DNA of 64,000 nt from the NCBI GenBank assembly GCA_021200995.1, contig JAJQFS010000063.1, positions 33,972 to 97,971 of the forward strand, in the 5' to 3' direction. This document shows positions 48,347-58,723 of this stretch, in pieces. The stretch comes from Lachnospiraceae bacterium. GTDB taxonomy: Bacteria; Bacillota; Clostridia; Lachnospirales; Lachnospiraceae. A program made the translations under genes and the position numbers. The notes under the pieces are model-generated. The model had not been told where the DNA came from. It saw nothing but the letters and a program-made list of their open reading frames with translations, and did not search any database. Numbering within the stretch: the stretch's first letter is position 1; each line of letters starts with the position of its first letter.

Positions 48347-49815
48347 GGATCAACGACAATGACAACGTCGTGGTCGCGATTGAGACGCTCGCCCCCGGTA
48401 CCGTTGTCAGAGTTTCAGACGATTTATCCGTGACCGCGCAGGAAGAGATTCCTGCCGGTCATAAGATGGCGCTTGAGGATATCCCGGAAGGGAGTCCCGT
48501 CATCAAATATGGTTTCCGCATCGGCAACGCGAAGCAGGACATCAAAGCCGGCCAGTGGATTCACACTCACAATATCAAAACCGCCCTTGGCGACCTCTTA
48601 GAGTACACCTACGAGCCGGTTCCCTATGAGGAAAAAAAGACCGAAGACGTCACCTTCATGGGCTTCAACCGCCCGGACGGCAAGGTAGGTGTGCGCAATG
48701 AGATCTGGGTCATTCCGACCGTCGGCTGTGTCAACGACATCGCCAAGCTCATTGTGAAAAAGGCCAATGCGTATGTCAAAGGCTCTGTGGATGAGGTCAT
48801 TACCTTCACGCATCCTTACGGCTGCTCCCAGATGGGAGACGACCAGGAGCATACCCGTACGATTTTAGCGGATCTGATCAACCATCCCAATGCGGGCGGC
48901 GTCCTGGTGCTGGGCTTAGGCTGTGAGAATTCCAATATTGACGTATTAAAGCCCTATATCGGCGAGGTCGATCCGAACCGTGTGAAGTTTTTGGTCTGCC
49001 AGGAGTCTGATGATGAGATTGCGGACGGCGTAGAGCTCTGCAAAGAGCTGATCGATTATGCCGCCGGTTTTGAGAGAGAGCCCATCAGCGTTTCCAAACT
49101 GGTGGTTGGCATGAAGTGCGGCGGCTCGGACGGTTTTTCCGGCATCACCGCCAACCCCTGTGTGGGTCGCTTCTCCGATATCCTGGTGTCCAAGGGCGGC
49201 ACGACGATCTTAACAGAGGTGCCGGAGATGTTCGGCGCGGAGACGCTTTTGATGAACCGCTGCGCCAACGAGGAGCTCTTCCATCAGACCGTGGATCTGA
49301 TCAATGATTTCAAAAATTATTTCAAGTCGCACAACCAGACCATCTATGAGAACCCGTCTCCCGGCAATAAAAAGGGCGGCATCTCCACTTTGGAGGACAA
49401 GTCCTTAGGCTGCACGCAGAAGTCCGGCTCTTCCCTGGTAAAGGGCGTTTTAGCTTACGGCGAGCGGGTTACCACACCGGGACTCAATCTCTTAAGCGCT
49501 CCCGGCAATGATCTGGTAGCCTCAACAGCCCTGGCGGCCAGCGGCGCACACATCGTCCTCTTTACCACAGGACGCGGCACACCGTTCGCGTCCCCGGTGC
49601 CGACTGTGAAGATTTCGACCAATTCGCGTCTGGCGGGCAAAAAGTCCAACTGGATTGATTTTAACGCCGGCGTGCTGGTGGAGGATCAGACCATGGCGGA
49701 CACCGCGCAGAAGCTCTTTGACTATGTAGTGGCGGTGGCCTCCGGAGAGAAGGTCTGCTCGGAGCAGAATGGGTTCCACGACATGGCGATCTTCAAGCAG
49801 GGCGTAACTTTATAG
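48331..49815 (+). CDS. uxaA: Altronate dehydratase
   Basis: 494 aa. SAF N-domain (NDNVVVAI...AGHKMAL) followed by the UxaA family C-domain. Overlaps uxaB by 16 nt. Confidence 0.92.
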   Translation: MQSFLRINDNDNVVVAIETLAPGTVVRVSDDLSVTAQEEIPAGHKMALEDIPEGSPVIKYGFRIGNAKQDIKAGQWIHTHNIKTALGDLLEYTYEPVPYEEKKTEDVTFMGFNRPDGKVGVRNEIWVIPTVGCVNDIAKLIVKKANAYVKGSVDEVITFTHPYGCSQMGDDQEHTRTILADLINHPNAGGVLVLGLGCENSNIDVLKPYIGEVDPNRVKFLVCQESDDEIADGVELCKELIDYAAGFEREPISVSKLVVGMKCGGSDGFSGITANPCVGRFSDILVSKGGTTILTEVPEMFGAETLLMNRCANEELFHQTVDLINDFKNYFKSHNQTIYENPSPGNKKGGISTLEDKSLGCTQKSGSSLVKGVLAYGERVTTPGLNLLSAPGNDLVASTALAASGAHIVLFTTGRGTPFASPVPTVKISTNSRLAGKKSNWIDFNAGVLVEDQTMADTAQKLFDYVVAVASGEKVCSEQNGFHDMAIFKQGVTL

Positions 49816-50025
49816 AAATATACAGTGCCGGAAATGTCGGGCAGATTCTGTTTCCCTGTTTCCGGCACAGTTTTTCGTAAATATGCAAAGAAGTTTTTCA
49901 TAAAGCCGCTTTTTAGCACGAAGAAATTGTACAGAGACGAAGATGAAAGTGCTGCCAAAGCTCAAAAGCGTAAAAAGCTGATTATTGAAATAATATTTCT
50001 GCGCATAACGAAAGGAATTCTGATC

Positions 50026-50559
50026 ATGAAAGATAAGTTGGTTCAGGCTTACGAAGCCATGAAATCCGGGGATTTCACTTCAGATCTCGTGAAGGAAACC
50101 GTGGAGGAGATCAAGGCCCTGCCGAGAAATGAGCTGGGCGTTTTTGATATGTCCGTGGTTTCAGCCAATGTTTATGAGGCGGGAGGCTATGTCTATCCGG
50201 TCTATATGCTGTATGAGACAAAGGCAAACGGCAAAAAGGGCTATATGGATCTGATGGCCCAGTTAAGAACGCTGTCTCCGAAATATGATCATGACCTGTC
50301 TCTGGAGAATGCAACTTATTATCTGGATATGATGGTAAAGTGTATCGACGCCATCAGCCCGGAGATTTATGAGCTGTACAGGGAACTGATCGCCATGTTC
50401 CGCGCCCGCATGAAAGGGACCCTGATCATGGCGCAGGGCGAAAGCGGCGAGGCGGTGCGTTCCATCGGCGCCTCCATTGAGAAGGCCTGCGACATGGACA
50501 TCATTCTGGCGGAGAAATATCTCGATACCGCGAAGGCGCTTCAGGAGGTGGCAGAATGA
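50026..50559 (+). CDS. Hypothetical 177-aa protein, translationally coupled to the GH28 gene
   Basis: I trimmed to ATG 50026 (AAAGGA upstream). Its stop overlaps the GH28 start (ATGA). I recognise no family. Confidence 0.45.
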   Translation: MKDKLVQAYEAMKSGDFTSDLVKETVEEIKALPRNELGVFDMSVVSANVYEAGGYVYPVYMLYETKANGKKGYMDLMAQLRTLSPKYDHDLSLENATYYLDMMVKCIDAISPEIYELYRELIAMFRARMKGTLIMAQGESGEAVRSIGASIEKACDMDIILAEKYLDTAKALQEVAE

Positions 50560-52112
50560 ATATTTCACTGGTTATGAGTACAGCCAGAAGTGCTGTGATT
50601 GAGATCGAGGACGGCGGACGTTATTTCACGAAAAAGCCTTATCTGGTGAAACTGAACGGAAGCGTATATGGCGAGACTGACCGCACCATCACCAATCTGT
50701 TCAACTTAAAGCCGGAGACGCAGTATCTGGCGGAGATTTATGACGGGGAGACGCTGGCCGGCAGTATCGAGTTTACCACAGATTATGAGTATGTGACGCT
50801 GGATGTGCGCAAGTTTGGCGCGAAAGGCGACGGCGTTTCGGATGACACCCACTTTATTCAGGCGGCCATTATGGCCTGCCCGAAGTACAGCCGCGTGCTG
50901 ATTCCAAGGGGGACATATCGCATCACTTCCTTATTTTTAAAGAGCAATCTGCGCCTGGAGCTGGCGGAGGGCGCGGAGTTAAAGGCGTTCACGGACAGAA
51001 GCAAATTTGTGACCATGCCGCCGAGCGTTGAAAGCTATGATGAGAAGGACGAGTATTTTCTGGGCACCTGGGAGGGCAATCCGCTGCCCATGTTCGCGGC
51101 CATCATCAGCGGCTACCAGGTCAAAAACGTGATTATTTACGGGCCGGGTAAGATCAACGGCAACGCGAGCAAAGCGGACTGGTGGAATAATCCGAAGGTT
51201 ATGAATGTCGCGTTCCGTCCCAGGCTGTTCCACATCAACAACTGCAAGGACGTGACGCTGCAGGGCATCACGGTCTGCAATTCCCCGTCCTGGACGCTGC
51301 ACCCGTACTTTTCCAAGAACCTGCGCTTCATCGGGATTACGATCAACAATCCTTCGGACTCCCCCAATACCGACGGCCTGGATCCCGAATCCTGCAAAAA
51401 TATCGACATTCTGGGCGTGCGCTTCTCTCTGGGAGATGACTGCATCGCGGTGAAATCCGGTAAAATCTACATGGGTAGCCGCTTCAAAAAGCCGTCAGAG
51501 AATATCATGATCCGTCAGTGCCTGATGGAGGATGGCCACGGCGCGGTGACGTTAGGCAGTGAGATCGGCGGCGGTGTGGTAAATCTGACCGTACAGGACT
51601 GCCTCTTCCGTAACACGGACAGAGGGCTTCGCATCAAGACCAGAAGAGGACGCGGCAAGGACGCGGTCCTGTCCAATATCACGTTTAAGAACCTGACACT
51701 GGACAACGTGATGACCCCGCTCGTCGTAAATGCCTTTTATTTCTGCGACCCGGACGGCCGCACGGAGTATGTGCAGTCCAGGGAACCTTATCCGGTGGAT
51801 GAGCGCACCCCTGTCTTAAAGAAAATGCTCTTTGAAAATATGGAGTGCACCAACTGCCATGTGGCGGCGGCTTATTTTGACTGCCTGCCGGAGCAGAAGA
51901 TGGAGGAACTGGAGTTAAGACATGTACACATCAGCTACGCGGATGAGGCGAAAACGGATGTGCCGGCCATGTCCGAGGGCGTGGAGCCGTGCTGTAAGAA
52001 GGGGCTCTTTGCCCGCAACATTCACAAGCTGATTTTAGAGGATGTGACGATTGATGGGCAGGTTGGTGAACCCATGGAATTGATCGGCGTGGACACGCTG
52101 GTGCAGAAGTGA
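50556..52112 (+). CDS. Glycoside hydrolase family 28 (exo-polygalacturonase-like), no signal peptide
   Basis: GH28 motifs NTDGLDPESC, GDDCIAVKSG, GHGAVTLGSE and RGLRIKT. The N-terminus carries an Ig/FN3-like extension. Confidence 0.88.
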   Translation: MNISLVMSTARSAVIEIEDGGRYFTKKPYLVKLNGSVYGETDRTITNLFNLKPETQYLAEIYDGETLAGSIEFTTDYEYVTLDVRKFGAKGDGVSDDTHFIQAAIMACPKYSRVLIPRGTYRITSLFLKSNLRLELAEGAELKAFTDRSKFVTMPPSVESYDEKDEYFLGTWEGNPLPMFAAIISGYQVKNVIIYGPGKINGNASKADWWNNPKVMNVAFRPRLFHINNCKDVTLQGITVCNSPSWTLHPYFSKNLRFIGITINNPSDSPNTDGLDPESCKNIDILGVRFSLGDDCIAVKSGKIYMGSRFKKPSENIMIRQCLMEDGHGAVTLGSEIGGGVVNLTVQDCLFRNTDRGLRIKTRRGRGKDAVLSNITFKNLTLDNVMTPLVVNAFYFCDPDGRTEYVQSREPYPVDERTPVLKKMLFENMECTNCHVAAAYFDCLPEQKMEELELRHVHISYADEAKTDVPAMSEGVEPCCKKGLFARNIHKLILEDVTIDGQVGEPMELIGVDTLVQK

Positions 52113-52175
52113 AAATGAGGGGTCTTTCTGCGACGTTGTACGCAGGGGACCCTGATTATGATAAGGAGGTATGAA

Positions 52176-53015
52176 ATGCAGTTAGGTCTTCGTTTACATG
52201 ATACGAAAAACCTGCCTTTTGATGAGAGAATCGCCGAGGTGGCGGCGCAGGGCTTTTCCTGCGGGCACTTAGCGCTCGCAAAGGTATTCCCCAAAGAGAT
52301 CAGCACCGCGGACGAGGCGCTGACCCCCGGCTTTGCCAACTATGTGAGAAAAATATTCGTCAAGCACAATGTGGACTGCGCGGTGCTGGGCTGTTATCTC
52401 AACCTGGCCAACCCCAATCCCGTGACGCTCGCGCAGACCACACACCGCTACATGGCCAATATCCGCTTTGCCTCGATCCTGGGAGCCGGTGTGGTGGGTA
52501 CTGAGACCGGCGCGCCGAACGAGGGTTACACCTACGGCCCGGAGTGCTATACCGAGGAAGCTCTGCAGATTTTCATCAAAAATCTGCGCCCTGTGGTGGA
52601 GTACGCGGAGAAGATGGGTGTGATTGTGGCGATTGAGCCGGTATTCAAGCATATTGTCTGCAATCCGGAGCGCACCCGCAGAGTGCTGGACACCATCAAC
52701 TCCCCAAATCTGCAGATCATCTTCGATCCAGTCAACCTGCTGGATATTTCCAACATTGACCATGCGGATGAGGTCTTCGCGGAAGCGATCGACGCCTTTG
52801 GCGATGATGTGGCGGTGATGCATCTGAAAGATTACCGTGTGCAGGACGGCAGGCTCTTAGCCTGCGGCGCGGGCCTCGGTGAGATGAATTTCGACCGCAT
52901 TATGAAATTCTTAAAGACAAAGAAACCGTACATCTACGCGACGCTGGAAAACACCACGCCTGAGGACGCGGTGCAGTGCAGAGAATTCCTGGAGAAGGAG
53001 TACGCGAAAGCGTAA
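52176..53015 (+). CDS. Sugar phosphate isomerase/epimerase (xylose-isomerase-like TIM barrel)
   Basis: I trimmed to ATG 52176, 6 nt after AAGGAGG. AP-endonuclease-2/TIM-barrel-like pattern (VAIEPV, IFDPVN, MHLKD). Confidence 0.72.
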   Translation: MQLGLRLHDTKNLPFDERIAEVAAQGFSCGHLALAKVFPKEISTADEALTPGFANYVRKIFVKHNVDCAVLGCYLNLANPNPVTLAQTTHRYMANIRFASILGAGVVGTETGAPNEGYTYGPECYTEEALQIFIKNLRPVVEYAEKMGVIVAIEPVFKHIVCNPERTRRVLDTINSPNLQIIFDPVNLLDISNIDHADEVFAEAIDAFGDDVAVMHLKDYRVQDGRLLACGAGLGEMNFDRIMKFLKTKKPYIYATLENTTPEDAVQCREFLEKEYAKA

Positions 53016-53052
53016 GACAGGACGATGTGAGAATAATTGGTGCAATAAGCAA

Positions 53053-53085
53053 AAACCCCCTCGGATGAAAAATTCGAGGGGGTTT
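53053..53085. terminator. Bidirectional terminator between convergent genes
   Basis: Perfect 11-bp arms AAACCCCCTCG / CGAGGGGGTTT, with flanking A/T runs. Confidence 0.75.
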
Positions 53086-53147
53086 CGCAGTTGCAGAATG
53101 AGTTCAAAAGAACCTATTGTCGGGGGATGAGTGCCGACTGTTCGTGC

Positions 53148-54146
53148 TTACACCTCCCAGTCGCCCAGCACCTTCTCTTTCGTGAAACGCGCGGCTTCCT
53201 CAGCGGTCAGCTGTGAGGAAAAATCCGCCCTGGCTTCAGGCGCCGCGCCTGGGCCGAAGCTCTCAAACTCGGCGTAGCGGATGGTCTCATGGGGCTTATT
53301 CCAGTCCTGCCAGCCTTCCGGTTTGATGTGCGCGCCCAGCTCGCAGTGCAAAAGAATGGTCTGCGCGTACTGTCTCCAGGGACGGCCCAGGTAGACGGTT
53401 CCTTCGGGGCAGTCAGAGGTGAAACGGCAGTGATCCAGGATATAGCCGTACTCCTGTTTCTCGTAAGTGGAGGTGGCGGTCACATAGCCATAGCAGCGGT
53501 CAGCGGCCTCCTTAAGATTATCAATCGGCGCATCCTCATAGCGGTTTTTGGTGAAAAATTCGCAGTTCTCAAAATACGCGGCAGCGGAGCCGAAAACAAA
53601 GTCCACATCTCCCTGAATATAGCAGTTCTGATAGTATTGCCTGCCAATGACACGTGGCGCAAATTCTTTGGGACCGACAAAACCGCCCTGCTGCATTTCC
53701 TTCTCCGGCAGCGGACCGGTAAAGAGGGTATCCTGGCTGCCGAGCAGACGACAGTTATACAGGGCTAAACGGTCGCCGTCCATGTAAAGCGCGAGCGCCT
53801 GGCCAACGATTTTTCCGTTGCCGGCGTCATTCTGGATGGTCAGATTGCGGCCGGTGAAATCATGCGTATCAATCAACATGGTATAGCTGCGGAACGTCCC
53901 GCGTTTTCTGCCGTCCGGATGCATCTGAAAAGCGGCGTAATTGTAAACAATGACCGTCGTGTCGGCGTTTTCACCTTCCAGTGTGACAAAAGGTTTCTGC
54001 ACGGTTACGCGCTCGCGGTAGACTCCGGGCGCCACGTACACGGTTACAGGCTCTGAGTTGTCAGCGGGAATGCTGTCGATCGCTTCCTGGATGGTGGAGA
54101 AGTTTGGTGATTTTTCGGGGTAATGGACGTAGATGAAATTGGACAT
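53148..54146 (-). CDS. Pectinesterase (carbohydrate esterase family 8), no signal peptide
   Basis: I trimmed to the ATG at 54146. CE8 motifs GSQDTLF, QGDVDFVFG and LGRPW. Confidence 0.88.
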   Translation of the reverse strand: MSNFIYVHYPEKSPNFSTIQEAIDSIPADNSEPVTVYVAPGVYRERVTVQKPFVTLEGENADTTVIVYNYAAFQMHPDGRKRGTFRSYTMLIDTHDFTGRNLTIQNDAGNGKIVGQALALYMDGDRLALYNCRLLGSQDTLFTGPLPEKEMQQGGFVGPKEFAPRVIGRQYYQNCYIQGDVDFVFGSAAAYFENCEFFTKNRYEDAPIDNLKEAADRCYGYVTATSTYEKQEYGYILDHCRFTSDCPEGTVYLGRPWRQYAQTILLHCELGAHIKPEGWQDWNKPHETIRYAEFESFGPGAAPEARADFSSQLTAEEAARFTKEKVLGDWEV

Positions 54147-54411
54147 GGGGTTCGTTCCTTTCTGGCTGCATGAAGATTTGTGCCGTTCCTGCACATTTTT
54201 TCAGAGCGGCGTTTTTATTTTATATAATTTCGCTGGAAATCGTTGCTTTATTATAGTATATTCTTATCATACGCGCAAGCGAGTCACCGCGTTATTTACG
54301 ATTAGCGGGACTATACGGTGCCAAACGTTCGGTGGACGTTCATTTCCGCAGAAGACACCTGCCATGCAGCACAGAGCAAAACGAGGATTATATTTCATGG
54401 AGGAACTAAAT

Positions 54412-55950
54412 ATGCCAAAATGGTTAAAAGACGCAGTATTTTATGAGATTTACCCGCAGTCGTTTTATGACACCAACGGAGACGGAATCGGGGATTTTAA
54501 TGGAGTGATTGAGAAGCTGGATTACATCAAAGAGCTGGGCTGCAACGCCCTTTGGATCAACCCCTGCTTTGATTCTCCGTTTAAGGACGCGGGGTATGAC
54601 GTCCGTGATTATAAAAAAGTGGCGCCCAGGTATGGGACGAACAGCGACCTGTACCGCCTTTTCGGGGAGGCACACAAGCGTGGAATACATGTTTTGCTTG
54701 ATCTTGTGCCGGGGCATACCTCGGAGGAGCACCCCTGGTTTCTGGAGAGCCAAAAAGCAGAAGCCAACGAATATTCCAACCGCTATATCTGGACGCGTCA
54801 TGCGTTTGAGTCGATCAAAGGATATCCGTATATCGGCGGAGAGAGCGAGCGCGCCGGTGTCTATATGCTGAACTTTTTTAAGTCTCAGCCCGCCTTAAAT
54901 TATGGCTTTGGGGAATACAAAGAGGGCTGGCAGCTGCCGACAGACCACCCGGACTGCGTTGCTACGAGGGAGGCCATGAAGGACGTGATGCGTTTCTGGC
55001 TGGATCACGGCTGCGACGGATTCCGCGTGGATATGGCGGATTCTCTGGTAAAAAATGACGACGAATTCAAGTCCTCAACCTGCGCGATCTGGAAAAATAT
55101 AAGGGAAATGCTGGATGCGGAATACCCTCAGGCCGCGATGGTTTCCGAGTGGAATAATCCTGAGAGAGCGATCAAAGCGGCCGGATTCCATATGGACTTT
55201 TACCTCAACTGGGGCGGAAACGGATACAGCACGCTGATGCGCGATTATGAGTCGGGAGAGGATCACAGCTTTTTCAAAAAGGACGGAAACGGCGACATCA
55301 TGCGTTTTCTGGATGAGTATCTGCCGCGCTATACCGCCACAAAAGGAGATGGGTATTACTGTCTGCTGACCTGCAATCATGATACCCTTCGACCGAAATA
55401 TAATCTGGATGATCAGGAACTGAAACTTACCTATGCGTTTCTCTTCACCATGCCGGGAGTTCCGTTCCTCTACTATGGGGACGAGATCGGTATGCGTTAT
55501 CAACAGCTGCCGACAAAAGAAGGCGGCTATCATCGCACCGGATCCCGGACGCCGATGCAGTGGAACAACGGGAAAAACGCGGGCTTTTCCACATGTCCGT
55601 CGGACGCGCTGTATCTGCCGGTAGATCCCGCTGCGGACGCTCCGAATGTGGCGGCGCAGGAGGCGGATCCGGAATCTCTGATGAATACGGTGAAGGCGCT
55701 CCTTCGTCTGCGCCATGAGGAGGAGAACCTGCAGGCGGACGGCGAATTTGAGGTGCTTTACGCGGAAGGCGGGAAGCTGCCCTTTGTGTATCGCAGAGGG
55801 GATCTGATCCTCGCGCTGAATCCGTCAGGAAAGACCGTGAGCGCTCCGGTGGACACGGACAAAAAAAAGCTTCGCTTCGCTATCGGGAGCGGGGAGGCGA
55901 AGGCGGGTAAGATTACTTTACAGCCGCAGTCGTTTCTGGTGCTGAAGTAA
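54412..55950 (+). CDS. Glycoside hydrolase family 13 (alpha-glucosidase / oligo-1,6-glucosidase-like)
   Basis: I trimmed to ATG 54412, 7 nt after GGAGGA. Has YEIYPQSFYDTNGDGIGDFNG, DLVPGHTS, GFRVDMA and NHDT. Confidence 0.88.
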   Translation: MPKWLKDAVFYEIYPQSFYDTNGDGIGDFNGVIEKLDYIKELGCNALWINPCFDSPFKDAGYDVRDYKKVAPRYGTNSDLYRLFGEAHKRGIHVLLDLVPGHTSEEHPWFLESQKAEANEYSNRYIWTRHAFESIKGYPYIGGESERAGVYMLNFFKSQPALNYGFGEYKEGWQLPTDHPDCVATREAMKDVMRFWLDHGCDGFRVDMADSLVKNDDEFKSSTCAIWKNIREMLDAEYPQAAMVSEWNNPERAIKAAGFHMDFYLNWGGNGYSTLMRDYESGEDHSFFKKDGNGDIMRFLDEYLPRYTATKGDGYYCLLTCNHDTLRPKYNLDDQELKLTYAFLFTMPGVPFLYYGDEIGMRYQQLPTKEGGYHRTGSRTPMQWNNGKNAGFSTCPSDALYLPVDPAADAPNVAAQEADPESLMNTVKALLRLRHEEENLQADGEFEVLYAEGGKLPFVYRRGDLILALNPSGKTVSAPVDTDKKKLRFAIGSGEAKAGKITLQPQSFLVLK

Positions 55951-56005
55951 CAGAAATGTAATAAATTGTTTACGTTCCCTTCATGCCTCATCGACAATCT
56001 GGATA

Positions 56006-56034
56006 TTGAAGTCATTTCAGAAAAGTGTTAGAAT
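56006..56034 (+). promoter_or_regulatory. Putative sigma-A promoter of secA
   Basis: TTGAAG (56006-56011), 17-nt spacer, TAGAAT (56029-56034), with TG at 56026-56027. Confidence 0.45.
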
Positions 56035-56148
56035 AAACGCGGACTGGCACATCGGCAGGATGATGTTCATATCTGAGAGAAGCCGCATGTGCCGCAAGAA
56101 ACCTCTTTTTCAGGAATTTCGATGCAGTGAAAGTAAGGAGCTTCCCGA

Positions 56149-58716
56149 ATGAATCTAATCAATAAGGCTTTTGGCACGCACAGTGAACGCGAACTGAAGC
56201 GCATCATGCCGCTCGTGGATAAAATTGAAAGTCTGCGGGATCAGATGATGCAGCTTTCCGACGAGGCACTGCGGGCCAAAACGACAGAATATAAAAAACG
56301 TCTCCAGGAAGGAGAAACCTTAGACGACCTGCTGCCGGAGGCATATGCCACCGTGCGCGAGGCCGCCAGACGGACCCTGGATATGGAGCATTATCGTGTG
56401 CAGCTGATCGGCGGCATCATCCTGCACCAGGGGCGCATCGCCGAGATGAAGACCGGCGAGGGCAAGACCCTGGTATCCACGCTGCCCGCCTATTTAAACG
56501 CGCTGGAGGGTAAGGGCGTTCACATCGTCACGGTCAACGACTATCTGGCAAACCGTGACGCGGAGTGGATGGGCGCCGTGCACCGCCTTCTGGGGCTGTC
56601 CGTGGGCTGCGTACTCAACGGCATGAAGCCGGAGGAGCGCCGCGAGCAGTACAACTGCGATATCACCTATGTCACGAACAATGAGCTGGGTTTTGACTAC
56701 CTGCGTGACAATATGGTGATTTACAAAGAGCAGCTGGTGCTGCGGGGCCTGCATTACGCCATCATCGACGAGGTGGACTCGGTGCTGATTGATGAGGCCC
56801 GCACCCCGCTCATCATTTCCGGCCAGAGCAGCAAATCCACGAAGCTCTATGAAGCCTGCGATATCCTGGCGCGCCAGATGGTCCGTGGTCAGGACGTAGA
56901 GCAGCTCTCCAAAATGGACGCCATCATGGGCGTCGAGCAGGAGGAAAGCGGCGACTTCATCGTCAATGAGAAGGATAAGATCGTCAACCTGACCGCGCAG
57001 GGCGTGGAGAAGGTGGAGAAGTTTTTCAAGATCGATAACTTTGCCGACGCGGAAAACCTGGATATCCAGCACAATATTATCCTGGCCCTGCGCGCGCACA
57101 ATCTGATGTTCCGCGACCAGGACTATGTGGTCAAGGACGATCAGGTACTGATTGTAGATGAGTTTACCGGCCGTATCATGCCCGGCAGACGTTATTCTGA
57201 CGGCCTGCACCAGGCGATCGAGGCCAAGGAGGGCGTGAAGGTGAAGCGGGAGTCCAAGACGCTTGCCACAATCACCTTCCAGAACTTCTTCAATAAATTC
57301 GAGAAAAAGGCCGGTATGACCGGTACGGCGCTGACCGAGGAAAAGGAATTCCGCGAAATCTACGGCATGGACGTGATCGAGATTCCGACCAATAAGCCCG
57401 TGATCCGCGTGGACAAACAGGACAGCGTCTATAAAACGAAAAAGGAAAAGCTTCACGCCATCGTGGGAGCGGTGAAGGAGGCCCATGACAGACAGCAGCC
57501 TGTGCTGGTAGGCACCATCACCATTGAATCCAGTGAGGAGATCAGCAAGCTTCTGCGCAAGGAAGGCATTCCGCATGAGGTCTTAAACGCCAAGTTCCAC
57601 GAGAGAGAGGCGGAGATCGTCTCCCTGGCGGGCCTGCACGGGGCGGTGACCATCGCCACCAACATGGCCGGCCGTGGTACGGATATCAAGCTGGATGACA
57701 TCGCGAGAGCGGCGGGCGGCCTGCGTATTGTGGGGACGGAGCGCCATGAGTCCAGGCGTATTGACAATCAGCTGCGAGGCCGCAGCGGCCGTCAGGGTGA
57801 TCCGGGCGAGTCTCAGTTCTTTATTTCCCTGGAGGACGACCTGATGCGCCTGTTCGGCTCCGAGAAGCTGATTGGCGTCTTTAACGGTCTGGGCATTCCG
57901 GAGAATCAGGAGATTGAGCACAGATCCCTCTCCAAGGCGATCGAGGGCGCGCAGAAAAAGATTGAGGGCAATAACTTCGGCGTGCGTAAAAACCTGCTGG
58001 AGTATGACCAGGTCATGAACGAGCAGCGTGAGGTGATTTATAAGGAGCGCCGCCAGGTCTTAGACGGCGAGAGCATGCGCGATTCCATCATCAAGATGAT
58101 TCAGGATATCGTGGACAACGCGGTTGATACCGTGGTGCGTGATGAGGCGGATCCAGAGGAATGGGATCTGAATGAACTGAATTCCATCCTTTTACCGACC
58201 ATTCCGTTAAAGCCTGTGACGCCAGAGAAGGTTGCTTCCTTACAGAAAAACAGCCTGAAGCAACAGCTGAAAGAGGAGGCTGTGAAGCTTTACGAGGCCA
58301 AGGAAGCGGAATTCCCTGAGGCGGAAACGATGCGGGAAATCGAGCGCGTGATTTTGCTTCGATGCATCGACCGCAAATGGATGGATCATATCGACGATAT
58401 GGATCAGCTGCGTCAGGGCATCGGCCTGGCCGCCTATGGACAGAAGGATCCGTTAGTCGAGTACAAGATGAGCGGCTACGATCTTTTCAACGAGATGACC
58501 AATAATATTAAGGAAGAGACTGTCCGCGTCCTTTACCGCGTGAAGCTGGAGCAGAAGGTGGAGCGTGAGCAGGTAGCGAAGGCCACCGGCACGAATAAGG
58601 ACGAGACCGCGGTCAGAAAGCCCATCCGCAAGGAAGGCAAAAAGATTTATCCCAATGATCCCTGTCCCTGCGGTTCCGGCAAAAAATATAAGCAGTGCTG
58701 CGGGCGGTTGAAATGA
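56149..58716 (+). CDS. secA: Preprotein translocase ATPase SecA
   Basis: 855 aa. Has [28 protein letters not shown] and the C-terminal zinc motif [14 protein letters not shown]. Confidence 0.97.
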   Translation: MNLINKAFGTHSERELKRIMPLVDKIESLRDQMMQLSDEALRAKTTEYKKRLQEGETLDDLLPEAYATVREAARRTLDMEHYRVQLIGGIILHQGRIAEMKTGEGKTLVSTLPAYLNALEGKGVHIVTVNDYLANRDAEWMGAVHRLLGLSVGCVLNGMKPEERREQYNCDITYVTNNELGFDYLRDNMVIYKEQLVLRGLHYAIIDEVDSVLIDEARTPLIISGQSSKSTKLYEACDILARQMVRGQDVEQLSKMDAIMGVEQEESGDFIVNEKDKIVNLTAQGVEKVEKFFKIDNFADAENLDIQHNIILALRAHNLMFRDQDYVVKDDQVLIVDEFTGRIMPGRRYSDGLHQAIEAKEGVKVKRESKTLATITFQNFFNKFEKKAGMTGTALTEEKEFREIYGMDVIEIPTNKPVIRVDKQDSVYKTKKEKLHAIVGAVKEAHDRQQPVLVGTITIESSEEISKLLRKEGIPHEVLNAKFHEREAEIVSLAGLHGAVTIATNMAGRGTDIKLDDIARAAGGLRIVGTERHESRRIDNQLRGRSGRQGDPGESQFFISLEDDLMRLFGSEKLIGVFNGLGIPENQEIEHRSLSKAIEGAQKKIEGNNFGVRKNLLEYDQVMNEQREVIYKERRQVLDGESMRDSIIKMIQDIVDNAVDTVVRDEADPEEWDLNELNSILLPTIPLKPVTPEKVASLQKNSLKQQLKEEAVKLYEAKEAEFPEAETMREIERVILLRCIDRKWMDHIDDMDQLRQGIGLAAYGQKDPLVEYKMSGYDLFNEMTNNIKEETVRVLYRVKLEQKVEREQVAKATGTNKDETAVRKPIRKEGKKIYPNDPCPCGSGKKYKQCCGRLK

Positions 58717-58723
58717 GGCATTT

